This document shows, in pieces, positions 12,536 through 23,584 of a stretch of DNA of 64,000 bases. Under the pieces are notes generated by a model. That model saw only the letters and a program-made list of their open reading frames with translations, did no database searches and had not been told where the DNA came from. Numbering within the stretch: the first letter of the stretch is position 1; each line of letters opens with the position of its first letter. The stretch covers positions 11,656,001-11,720,000 of the forward strand of contig OX597828.1 of the NCBI GenBank assembly GCA_951406725.2. The letters run 5' to 3'. The stretch is from Octopus vulgaris. Taxonomy: Eukaryota. The position numbers were made by a program, and so were the translations under genes.

Positions 12536-12929
12536 TCTTTATATAAGAGTGAAGTTGTGTGTCTGTCCCCTTCGATTTAGATTCGTAACTACTCCCACAT
12601 TTTGCGGTGCAGTTTAACCAAAAGCGGGTATCTTATAGTCGTGATTCATATCGAGCCCTTCTGGGTATTAGCGCGCGTCTACGATGAGTCTACGATTTAA
12701 AAAAAATTTACCATCATATTTTTCCATTTTAATGCATTTTTTTCGCTTTTATATAAGGGAAGTAACTCTCTAAAAATATCTACGATGTGTCAACGATTTC
12801 AAAAAAAATTTACCGTAATTTTTTTTCAATTTTTAATGCATTTTTTTCTATTTTTTGGCTATAACTCTCTAAAAATGCTTATATAGTTATTTCCCTTACA
12901 ACCCGAGCAACGCCGGGCGATACTGCTAG
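12536..12929 (+). mobile_element. Non-autonomous Helitron
   Basis: a|TCTTTATATAAGAG 5' end; 3' hairpin cccgagcaacgccggg followed by CTAG|t; A/T junctions, no TSD. Confidence 0.82.
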
Positions 12930-13482
12930 TATATATATATATCAGAAAATTCGACATATCTTCGTATCAGAGACTGGAGCAGGTATTTTGATAACTGCAT
13001 GTCAGCCATTTATGGCAACAAGCTCCGTCCCAAATGTAGGAGCAGTATTCCATTGTGGACCTCTCTTGAGACAAATATGTTAAAGTCAGTATGGGAACTG
13101 TCTGTCAATTGAATCAGTCATTGATATTGGTTTTTGTTTAGCAAGCTCATGGAAAATGAACAGCAATTTCGATCCCCAAAACAATATTGTCCCCAGAGAA
13201 CTGGATACTAATTCCCATTTTTCGTTGATATTTTTTTATCAGAATCGGTTTGTAACAATGCAATGATTTGGAACAGCTAATAATAATAATAATAATGATA
13301 AAGAACAACTAAATCTCTCCTACGAGAACAACACCCGTTAATTTTCGAACATAACGTTTCTAGGACAAAATTACCGAATGCGTTTGTTTTCGTTTTATAC
13401 GACAGTAGGATGATTATAAAGAGATATTTCTAGCTTGTTGTGTGATATGTTAAAGCTTTTTATCGTCATTTTCTTGGTGAAA

Positions 13483-13845
13483 TCTCTCTATATATAAACG
13501 GCAAAATGTCTGTGTGTGTGTCCTTTATACAAATCCACAGTTTTTCAGTTAGAGGGCTTGCACTTTCTACGGTCATTTAAAACCGTCCAAGGGTGGTCGT
13601 GCATATCTTTACATTTCTCCAGTCGCCTCGCAAAGCCATTAAAAAATCAATAGCAGTGACTTTTTTGTGAATTTTCTATCCAAACCAAATCAAAATGCCC
13701 GAAACTTGATACGCCAATTGAATGCCAGCTAGCTGTATGTGATTGGTCGGAGATTTGGACAGTACTCGCGAGTATGTGCGCACGCACGCAGCTGTATATG
13801 CATGCACTAGCACTATGACCCGGCAACGCCTAGTCATAGTGCTAC
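13483..13845 (+). mobile_element. Non-autonomous Helitron
   Basis: a|TCTCTCTATATATAAAC start; 3' hairpin tagcactatgac-ccggcaacgccta-gtcatagtgcta ending CTAC|t (CTAG variant). Confidence 0.75.
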
Positions 13846-13879
13846 TAAAGTTTATTTTAGCGTCGTATAAAGCCTAGCA

Positions 13880-13955
13880 GTTATTCTATCGGGTTCTTTT
13901 GCCGAAACGCTAAACTACGCGGACGTAAACACAGACACAATGACACACGCACACA

Positions 13956-14026
<71 letters not shown>

Positions 14027-14101
14027 GACGGCCTTCTTTCAGTTTCAGCCTGCCAAATCCACTCACAAGGCTTTGGACAGTCCAAAGCTATAATGGAAGA
14101 C
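13880..14101 (-). mobile_element. SINE family A internal fragment with (CA)n
   Basis: Reverse complement of the SINE A body. Confidence 0.8.
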
Positions 14102-15104
14102 ATTACGATGCTAGGTGTTTCAACAACATTCTTTACACACATCTAAGATATTTCAGTGTGAAATGTAAATGTATCGTTATCATTAAAACAAGGTGCAGTT
14201 GGTGCCAAACTTGCATTCATAGTAAAAGCAACTCTCCTTGGACATTAATGCTTCGAGTCCTAGGGACGGTTACTTGGTTTCCATGGCGTTTAAGTGACCG
14301 AAAATCACAAAATTTCGCCAGTCCATCGTAGGGTTTATCATTCGAAGCTGACTGAGCTGAGTGTCTGTGCGACCGAGTAAGTGTGCACAAAACTCATGCA
14401 AATTTATTGCCGACGTCTTCTATTTCTAGAGCAGGGTACTGGTGACAATATTCAATACACACAAGACATTTTCTCAGGGGCGCCTTCTGTACAAATAAGA
14501 TATAATTAAGAGGATGTTAAATCACTTAAACCGGTGAGGCCAAACATTTAATCGATAAAAAATCATATCTATAAGGAAAACATATTCATCAGCATTTAAG
14601 GGAATCATTGTTTAAAAAATGGCAAGTTTGACAATTCCGGAATTGGAATTGTGAATGGGCCTATGTAGTGAGCAAGTGAGTCTTACGGCAACAAATCTGG
14701 ACAATTTTCAGCCGTATTAGACCTCCTCAAGGATGTTTAGCCTAACACTTGCTGACTAGACTTTACAATGGCTATGAGATTATATAACACTTTGGGTGAA
14801 AAATCCTTCAATAATTAGGTAATTTAAAAGTAATAACGTACAAAATTTTCCTAAGGCTGGTTTCTCGATGAAAAGTTGTTAAATACCTGTAACTTATCAA
14901 ATATATTAAATCAAAAATGTTTAATGAACCCGTAAGATTTAACGTTTAAACTACTCGCTCAAAATCTATTACACCACGTTCTCCCTAAAGTAAAAAAAGG
15001 TATCAAAATATCACGTGGTTCACATTTCCCGTAATTCAAATCTCACAAAAAACCTTTCTTGACTTTACTCATGCACAGGAAAATATCATATGTATATTTT
15101 TCCG

Positions 15105-15470
15105 GTGGGTGTGTGGTAAGAAGCTTGCTTCCCAACCACTTGGTCCCTGGTTCAGTCCCATTCTGGGGCATCTTAGGCAAGTGTCTTCCATTCTAGCTTT
15201 GGACTGTCCAAAGACTTGTGAGTGGATTTGGTAGACTGAAACTGAAAGAAGGTCGTCGTGTGTGTGTCTGTGTGTGTGTGTGTGTGTGTCATTGTGTCTG
15301 TGTTTACGTCCCCGTAGCTTAGCGTATCGACAAAAGAAACTGATAGAATAAGTACTAGTCTTAAAAAATAAGGCCTGGCGTCGATTTGTTCGATTAAAAG
15401 CATTCAAGGCGGTGCTCCATGATGGCCGCAGTCAAACGACTGGAATAAGAAAAAGAATAAAAGAGTATAG
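15105..15470 (+). mobile_element. SINE family A
   Basis: gtgtgtggtaagaagcttgc...gggcatcttaggcaagtgtctt...aagaataaaagagta. Confidence 0.88.
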
Positions 15471-15488
15471 AATATATATGTGTGTGCG

Positions 15489-15521
<33 letters not shown>

Positions 15522-15858
15522 AAACCCCCTTTGGTCATGAATGACCATGGGACTGCACCTAGAATGTTACCCCCCACCCAAGGCGCAAGTCCGGGCAATG
15601 TTTATTGAAGGCCAACAGTCGCCCATGTATACCAGCCTCTTGTCTCTACGCCACCGATGTTATCCTTGAGAAAGGCAAAGGCCGATACAGCTTGGCATCA
15701 GTGACGTCGCAACTCATTTCTACAGCTGAGTGAACTGGAGCAACGTGAAAATTAAGTGTCTTGCTCAAGAACACAAAACGCAGCCCGGTCTGGGATTCGA
15801 ACTTACAACTTCAGGGTCGCAAGATCGACGCTCTAACCTCTGAGCCATGCGCCTTCAC
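15522..15858 (-). mobile_element. SINE family C (tRNA head, CORE-like cttgagcaagacact domain)
   Basis: Minus strand gaaggcgcatggctcagaggttagagc...gttcgaatccc...ttgagcaagacactt; homologous to 55767-56080. Confidence 0.82.
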
Positions 15859-15958
15859 ATATATTTTTTTGTATGTATGTATGTATGTATGTATGTATGT
15901 ATGTATGTATGTGTGTATGTATGTATGTATGTATGTATGTATGTACGTATGTATGTAT

Positions 15959-16285
15959 GAAGGCCCGTGACTTAGTGATTAGGGTATTTGGCTCACGATC
16001 ACAAGGTCATAGGTTCGATTCCCGGCGGCCCGTTGTGTCCTTGAGCAAGACACTTTATTTCACGTTGCTCCAGTCCATTCAACTGACAAAAACAATTTGT
16101 GTATGTAACTCAAAATTTTGGCTGTGTCCCATTCTCTGTCACGCTAAATCTCTCTAAGATCTACACGAAAGGAACGCGTGTATGTGAAGTGCTCGGCCAC
16201 TTCATTTCACGTTCATTTCATGAGCAGGCTGTTGCGTTGATTGGCTCAACTCGAACACTCGTCGCCGCAACCAACGGAGAGGCTC
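15959..16285 (+). mobile_element. SINE with family-C-like head and core but a different 3' body
   Basis: gaaggcccgtgacttagtgattagg...ggttcgattccc...ccttgagcaagacactttatttcacgttgctccag. Confidence 0.75.
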
Positions 16286-16362
16286 TGTGTCTATCTGTCT
16301 GTCTTACTGTCTGTCTGTCTGTACTGTCTGTCTTACTGTCTGTCTGTCTGTCTGTCTGTATG

Positions 16363-16429
<67 letters not shown>

Positions 16430-16479
16430 TGGCAGCCAATACACACACTTTTTTTCCTTTCCTTGTTTTTTCTGTGTTC

Positions 16480-16515
16480 CTTTCTGTGGAAGAGCGTAGG
16501 CTTGAAACGTTAAAG
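16480..16515 (+). ncRNA. Minimal hammerhead-like motif (CUGUGGA core variant) in a ~170 bp microsatellite-flanked element (16431-16598)
   Basis: CUUU-CUGUGGA-A-GAGC-guag-GCUU-GAAA-CG-UU-AAAG. Confidence 0.5.
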
Positions 16516-17124
16516 ACTTTTTCTATTCCTGAGCGTTAAACTAATACATCAGTTTGTTTTCTACACCACCCGTCTTCGACTTTATCGTGAATTCTCCCTA
16601 TGTATGTATGTATGTATGTATGTATGTATGTATGTATGTATGTATGTATGTATGTATGTATGTATGTATGTATGTATGTATGTATGTAGGTAGGTAGGTA
16701 GGTATGTATGTATGTATGTATGTATGTGAATGTATCAATGTGTACCATTGTGTTAATTTGAAAATAAAACGGTGCAAAGCAACTGCAGACAATCGAATGA
16801 CTGACCGATAAATATTTTATGGTAAAAACATGCAAAGTGAGATACAGTGTCTAGTAATTCTACATCATAAAACTCTTACAAGTTTACCAATCACTTTACT
16901 GCATTTACTTACATGGAATATATCACGCCACTGAACGGGACCTACACATTGTATTTTTCGGTGCTAGATATAACGACCAAATTACACTCACATTACACAA
17001 TACCGGCTTTAAAAATGTGACACAGAATTTAGGATGTAGTCATGGTTGGATAGGTATTGTTGCAATGTCAGTTCAATCAGGTCAGACCCGCTCTCTCAGT
17101 CTCTCCTCTCACTCTCTCTCCACA

Positions 17125-17286
17125 TACACACACACACATATATATATACACATATATAAACATATACATATACAAATATATATATATATATATATATGTA
17201 TACATATACATACATATATATATACATATACATATACATGTATATATACACTATATACATATATATATATATGTATATATATATAT

Positions 17287-17319
<33 letters not shown>

Positions 17320-17473
17320 GTGTGTGTGTGATAGTATATATATATACATATATATATACATATATATATACATATATACATATATATATATATATACATA
17401 TACATACATATATATACATATATACATATATATATATATACATATACATATATATATATATATATACATATAC

Positions 17474-17504
<31 letters not shown>

Positions 17505-17630
17505 CATACATAAATATATATATACATATACATATGTATATATATATATATACATATACATATGTATATATATATATACATACATATATATATATATACA
17601 TACATACACTGTATATATATATCATATATA
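17125..17630. repeat. Long compound (TA)n/(TATACA)n microsatellite
   Basis: Direct reading. Confidence 0.97.
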
Positions 17631-18321
17631 TTGTATTTCCTCAGATTAGTTTCATACGATTTTTAATAAAACGAATTCAGCAACACGTCTATAAACAGGA
17701 AAAGACAAGTTCAAATGACTGAAATAACAGGAAAATAGGCTCCTATTGAAAAGTCTGTTTTCTCCTTCTTTCTTTCTATTTTTATCTATTTATTTTTTAT
17801 TTTATTAAATGATTGATACAAACCTCTAGCAAACGCATATTTCTGAATCCATTTATTATTTATTATTATTCCTTTGCATTGTCTCTTTTTTCGTATATGT
17901 TTGTATGTGTGTACCTATGTATGTATGTATGTATGTATGTATGTATGTATGTATGTATGTATGTATGTATGTATGTATGTATGTATGCATGTATAAATGC
18001 ACACACACACACACACGTATGTACATAGATACACTAACATGTATATGGAAATGTTTCAAACATATACGTGTGTCCGTAAGCATATATGCGTATACACGTG
18101 TGCATGTGTATAAAACATATAATACAAAATATATTTGCTGTACAATACACATCTCCTCTCTCATATACACAAGTTATATTTCGTTCTGAATATGCTCAAT
18201 GCGGACTGTAAAATTAATTAAATTAGACCTATGGCCATGTTTATATCAAAGGAATTTTTACACTTTGTAGGAATATCAAATATATAATGCCATAATGCAT
18301 ATCAAATGTGTTGTATGTGTT

Positions 18322-18370
<49 letters not shown>

Positions 18371-18520
18371 TTATTTATAAACTTAATATTATGTTTAATA
18401 TTCAGTTTCGAAATGTTATGGACAGAGATCGCACCAACTGGTGCATAAACAAACTGCATGCTGGGTGTGTCGGTCTATAATATATACGCTGTATTACTAT
18501 ATATACATGTACGCAAACAG

Positions 18521-18551
<31 letters not shown>

Positions 18552-18696
18552 TAACACGTGCGCACACACACACAGGTAAATCGAATATAAAAGCATAAAT
18601 AAAAACAAAAACAACAAATGTCGAAAGGACATACACATTAAATGTATTTCGTGTGTCTGTGTGTGTGTGTGTGTGTGTATGTGTGTGTGTGTGTGC

Positions 18697-18761
<65 letters not shown>

Positions 18762-18775
18762 CATACATATATATA

Positions 18776-20386
18776 CAGTTGCGGCCAAAATGTTCACAAC
18801 GGCATTGTTTTCGTCAGAAAAGTAGGTATATGTTTTTATCAAATTTGTTTTATATTCTATAATTTTCACAGACAATAAATACGATATTATTTGTTATTGT
18901 CTGAGATTCTGGTGTAATTTGAGAGGATAATAAAAAAGTTATGGATGATTTTGTGATTTACTGCAAAACCCATGTCGGCCAAAAAGATCAGAACGGTTTT
19001 AGTATATTTAACCGTCGAACTCTAATGTTTTGAATTTGTTTACGTGACAGTTCGTTTACTAAACATTAGTAAGAATATCTGCAGTGTACTTTGTTAATAT
19101 AATGCCACTTACTCCGTTACCAATTTGTCAGCAGATTATTAAACTTCGAAAGAAGGATAATTTAAGTATTGGGTCTATTGCAAAGATTGTTAAGTCAAAA
19201 AGTGTTGTTCACCGTATTCTTAAGGTCTATGATGATTGTGGTTCGTGTGAAGCAAGAAAGTCTACAGGTAAGCCAAGAAAAACGACCAAGAGAGAAGATC
19301 GTGCTATGGTAAAGTTGGTTAAAAAGGACAGATTTAAAACTACTGCTGCTGTTTTTCGGGAAATGAGCATTGTACCGAAGAAAACTTTATCTCGAAAACC
19401 TGTGTCTCGTCCTTTAGTTGAACATGACCTACAAGCAAGAGCACCTGCAGTGAAGCCACTGATCAGCTCCAAGAATAAAAAGTGCCGTCTTACCTTTGCA
19501 ACCGAACATGTGTTGTGGTCTCAAGAAAAATGGCAAACGGTGCATTTCAGTGATGAATCTAAGTCTACGTTATTTGGCTCAGATGGGAAAAGGTATGTTC
19601 ATCGAAAAGCAGGTGAAAAATTGTCACCTAAATGCCTTAAGACTAGTGTTAAATTCGGTGGAGGAAGTGTCATGGTTTGGGGGATGATATCTGGAGATGT
19701 TGTGGGCCCTTTGGTGCGATTACATGGAAAGGTAAATGCAGGAGTTTATAAACAACTTGTAAAAGATCATGTCTTGCCTGTGCTGAGAAATTCAACTAAG
19801 CGACCACCCATATTCATGCAAGACAATGCCCCATGTCACAAGGCTAAGGTGGTCATGAACTTCCTCAAGGCTGAAAAGGTTATTGTTATGGATTGGTCTG
19901 CTCAAAGCCCAGATCTCAATCCTATTGAAAATGTGTGGAATGTTCTAGGAGAACATTCGAAAGCCAGAAATCCTAAAACAACCGAGCAATTATGGAATGC
20001 CCTTCAGGAAGAATGGAATAAGACCACCCAGCTAGAAATTGAAAATTTAATTTCCCCATGCAGCCAAAAATGTCAAACTTTGATTGAAGCTAAAGGGCTT
20101 CACACTAAATATGAAATAATTCCAGCATTCTCTGTCACTTTTTGATTATTTTGTTATTTTTTCAACCGTTCTGATCATTTTGGCCACCATGGGTTTTGCA
20201 GTAAATCACTAAATCATCCATAACTTTTGTATTATCCACTCAAATTACACCAAAATCTCATACAATACCAATTAATATTGTATTTATTGTCTGTGAAAAT
20301 CATAGAATATTAAACAACTTTAATAAACACTTATATCTACTTTTTTGACGAAAACAATGCCGTTCTGAACATTTTGGCCGCAACTG
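18776..20386 (+). mobile_element. Full-length Tc1 transposon with long IR/DR-type inverted repeats
   Basis: TA|CAGTTGCGGCCAAAATGTTCA ... TGAACATTTTGGCCGCAACTG|TA; ~225 bp TIRs, each with an inner direct repeat (ggccaaaa..atcagaacgg). Confidence 0.96.
19102..20145 (+). CDS. Tc1-family DD34E transposase, 347 aa, uninterrupted ORF
   Basis: N-terminal HTH, GKPRKTT linker, HFSDES, FMQDNAPCH, SPDLNPIENVW with 34 residues between the second D and E; likely start ATG at 19102. Confidence 0.93.
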   Translation: MPLTPLPICQQIIKLRKKDNLSIGSIAKIVKSKSVVHRILKVYDDCGSCEARKSTGKPRKTTKREDRAMVKLVKKDRFKTTAAVFREMSIVPKKTLSRKPVSRPLVEHDLQARAPAVKPLISSKNKKCRLTFATEHVLWSQEKWQTVHFSDESKSTLFGSDGKRYVHRKAGEKLSPKCLKTSVKFGGGSVMVWGMISGDVVGPLVRLHGKVNAGVYKQLVKDHVLPVLRNSTKRPPIFMQDNAPCHKAKVVMNFLKAEKVIVMDWSAQSPDLNPIENVWNVLGEHSKARNPKTTEQLWNALQEEWNKTTQLEIENLISPCSQKCQTLIEAKGLHTKYEIIPAFSVTF

Positions 20387-20496
20387 TATATATGCATATA
20401 TATATAAATGCATATACATACATACACATATATATACATATACATATATATATATATATACATATACATATACATATATATATATATATATATATA

Positions 20497-20779
20497 TTAC
20501 AAGATAAGGGCAGAAGAAATATTCTAATGCCAAATATGCCGAAACAAAAAATTGTCGATAACCATTATAATTTATGCGTCTCGAAACAAACCGATAGAAA
20601 TCTCTAAAAAATTCGTTATTACCGTATTGGTCCAATTTCGGGGTTAATTCATAAGAGGAGAAAATTTTCTAGAGATTTCTATCGGTTTGTTTCGAGACGC
20701 ATAAATTATAATGGTTATCGACAATTTTTTGTTTCGGCATATTTGGCATTAGAATTTTTCTTCTGCCCTTATCTTGTAA
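20497..20779. repeat. Inverted repeat, ~115 bp arms and ~50 bp spacer, in a (TA)n context
   Basis: ttacaagataagggcagaag...gatagaaatctcta versus tagagatttctatc...cttctgcccttatcttgtaa. Confidence 0.9.
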
Positions 20780-20989
20780 ATTATTAATAAATTTAACCTT
20801 TAAAGGTATTTTTTGATATGCTGGCCATTAATAAAATTTTTTTCCCGAAAAATTTTTTATCCTACATTAGTTATATATATATATATATAAAGTTAATCCA
20901 AACAAGAAAGCACAAAAAAACACAACAACGCGAGGACGTGGAACAAATACAGTATTATTGGACGCTCAGGAAAGAAGGAAAGAAGGAGG

Positions 20990-21024
20990 GTTTAACGTTT
21001 CGAGCGGAGCTCTTCGTCGGAAAC
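20990..21024 (-). ncRNA. Minimal hammerhead ribozyme motif (U4C core) in a ~200 bp (TA)n-flanked element (20890-21093)
   Basis: GUUU-CCGACGA-A-GAGC-ucc-GCUC-GAAA-CG-UU-AAAC; stems I and II fully paired; palindromic AACGUU stem III. Confidence 0.65.
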
Positions 21025-21093
21025 ATAGGAGAAGGAAAGATCCAGAGAAAGGAAGACAGAGGAAAAAAATCGCCAACGGTACACACGAGGTCA

Positions 21094-21563
<470 letters not shown>

Positions 21564-22001
21564 CATACAAACACTTACATAACTACATACATACATGCAT
21601 ACATATATGAATGCATTATGTATATACATACCCATTCACTATATATGTGTATTCATATGTATCTATCTATCTGTTATACACACTCCCACACGCATATATG
21701 CATACATGTATGTGTGTGAAGTGAGTTGTTCTGTATGGAGACATGTATAAATGGTAATTTTGTATTTTACTATACCGAGTAATATTTCCTTTTCCGGTTG
21801 CCACTGATTCAATATAATAGTTCGCCCCACCACTCCGCTTTAAGCTCTTCTTTTGTTTATGTGGGGGAAGGAGTATGATAGAAGTAGTTTTGTTGTTTCA
21901 TGTGATGCAGAGTATAAAAGTTCGAATTTAGCTAAAGTTTGATAATTTGTTTCGTTTTGGGTTTGCAAGATTCTTTATGTGAGTTCGTGTGTTGAAGCAT
22001 A

Positions 22002-22236
22002 TTCTGTTGTGTCTGGGGAAAGTCATTTTATTTTAGTGCCTTATAATTTGACGCACTCACCGGTAAAATTTCCACTTATACCTTATTTTTATTTTCCTAA
22101 AATTTTCGTTGAGTCATGCAATCTTTTCAATAGTCTCGAAAGTCAAGACTATTGAAAAGGTTGCAAGACGCAATTTTACCGGTGTGTTTAATTATAAGCC
22201 ACAAGAAGAAAATGACTCTCCCCAGACACAACAGAA
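22002..22236. repeat. Inverted repeat carrying a UUGAAAA hammerhead-like motif; probable Penelope-like terminus
   Basis: ttctgttgtgtctgggga...caatagtct / agactattg...tccccagacacaacagaa; the right arm has an internal deletion. Confidence 0.75.
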
Positions 22237-22480
22237 CTGAATATTTTGTATTATACTTCTTGTTAAACGTCTGTATTTATCTTCGAAATTAAACTGGGAA
22301 TGGAAGTTTAAATTTAATTGAAGCTAACAACTCGTACATTGCATCTTTTTTTTTTTTGCCTCATCTGTAGCTTCACGTTTTAATATCCTCATATTCCGTC
22401 GGGACAGGCAGCTGAGAGGTAATATTATTTTGTTTTGTGCCAAAATTTGAAATCAATATTATTATTAGTTAGAGAATTTA

Positions 22481-23060
22481 AGGTGGTGAGCTGGCAGGAT
22501 CTTATGCACGTCAGACAAAAGACTGCGGCATATTGCCTGAGTTCAAATTTCGTTGAGGTCGACTTTGCTTTCTAGCCTTCCACAGTCGATCAAATAAGCA
22601 CTAGTTGAGGGATCTTTTCGGTTTGAACGGCAGTTTTTTCTAGCGGTGTCATATGAAATTGTCACCCATAATTATGACCCTAGTATCGATCTATTGCATT
22701 TCAATCTGTTTTAGGTTTAGGGTTAGTTAGGGTTGGTTAGGGGTGGGGAGAGGGTATCTTATTTTCTTCACAAATGTAAATAAACCCAATCTGTTTCTTA
22801 AACGAGAGACATATTCATATGGCACAGAATGTTTTCAACTCAATAGACGTCACTGATTGGTTGAAATTGCAGAAATCGAAGGAAAAAAACAACAAATATC
22901 TTACAAACTATAGAATTTTCTCAATAAAGCCAAGAGAAAAAGATGTTTTATAAACACATTCTACCAGTATACGAAGTTTAAAAGTGTTTAGTTACGTGGA
23001 AATTATTTTAAAAATTGCCGTTCAAACCGAAAAGATCCCTAGTTGAGTACTGGGTTTAAA
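22481..23060 (+). mobile_element. SINE family B (Meta-domain-like) split by an M1 MITE
   Basis: ggtggtgagctggcag...gagttcaaatt...gaggtcgactttgc...gtcgat...actagttgag|MITE|ctagttgagtactggg. Confidence 0.75.
22610..23038. mobile_element. GGATC-ended MITE M1 with 9 bp TSD CTAGTTGAG
   Basis: TSD at 22601-22609 and 23039-23047; internal ttaggg tract ~22710-22745. Confidence 0.93.
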
Positions 23061-23148
23061 GTAATCTGGCTGCGCGTATCTGTGGATAGCTGAGCCACTT
23101 ACATGCAAATTCAGTGAGCAGGTAAACAAGTTGATCGAAAAATTGAAA

Positions 23149-23291
23149 AAGTGAAGTTTGTGTATTAGCTCGAGTTGAGTTTGCTGTGAAGTCGGAAGGT
23201 GTCGGTTCGTTAGTTCGTTTGGAAGAGTGATTGTTGGTACGTGAAGAGATTATTGGATCGTTACGATGTTATTACTGCTGCATCGATATCT
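23149..23291 (+). mobile_element. Partial LTR inverted relative to the adjacent Gypsy LTR
   Basis: Reverse complement of ~23677-23818. Confidence 0.82.
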
Positions 23292-23584
23292 TTGGAGGAA
23301 TGAATTGTGAGGTATGATGGCCAGAACAGAAACGGTTGGTGTGACATATTTTAGAAAGAAGGGTCGGGAGTGTAGTGTGAGATAACTAATCGTTTTCGAG
23401 TTTGTAGCTATGGTTACACATATCCATCAATCCATCCATCCATCCATCCATCCACACACACACACACAGTCTCACACATATCGTTTGGCTCTATTATAAT
23501 AAGGACGCTAATGTGAATATACCGCAGACAACAATACAATGTATAATAATATGAAACATCCGTATGAATTCATGCGCTACATGG

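Noticed and set aside
13000-13100. Minus-strand RSTMEYCSYIWDG resembling a CR1/L2 RT C-terminal motif
   Set aside because: Single short motif without supporting neighbours; boundaries cannot be set.
15790-16025. tRNA-like A/B boxes (also at 43490-43558 and 48750-48810)
   Set aside because: SINE heads continuing into SINE bodies; no intact cloverleaf, so not called tRNA genes.
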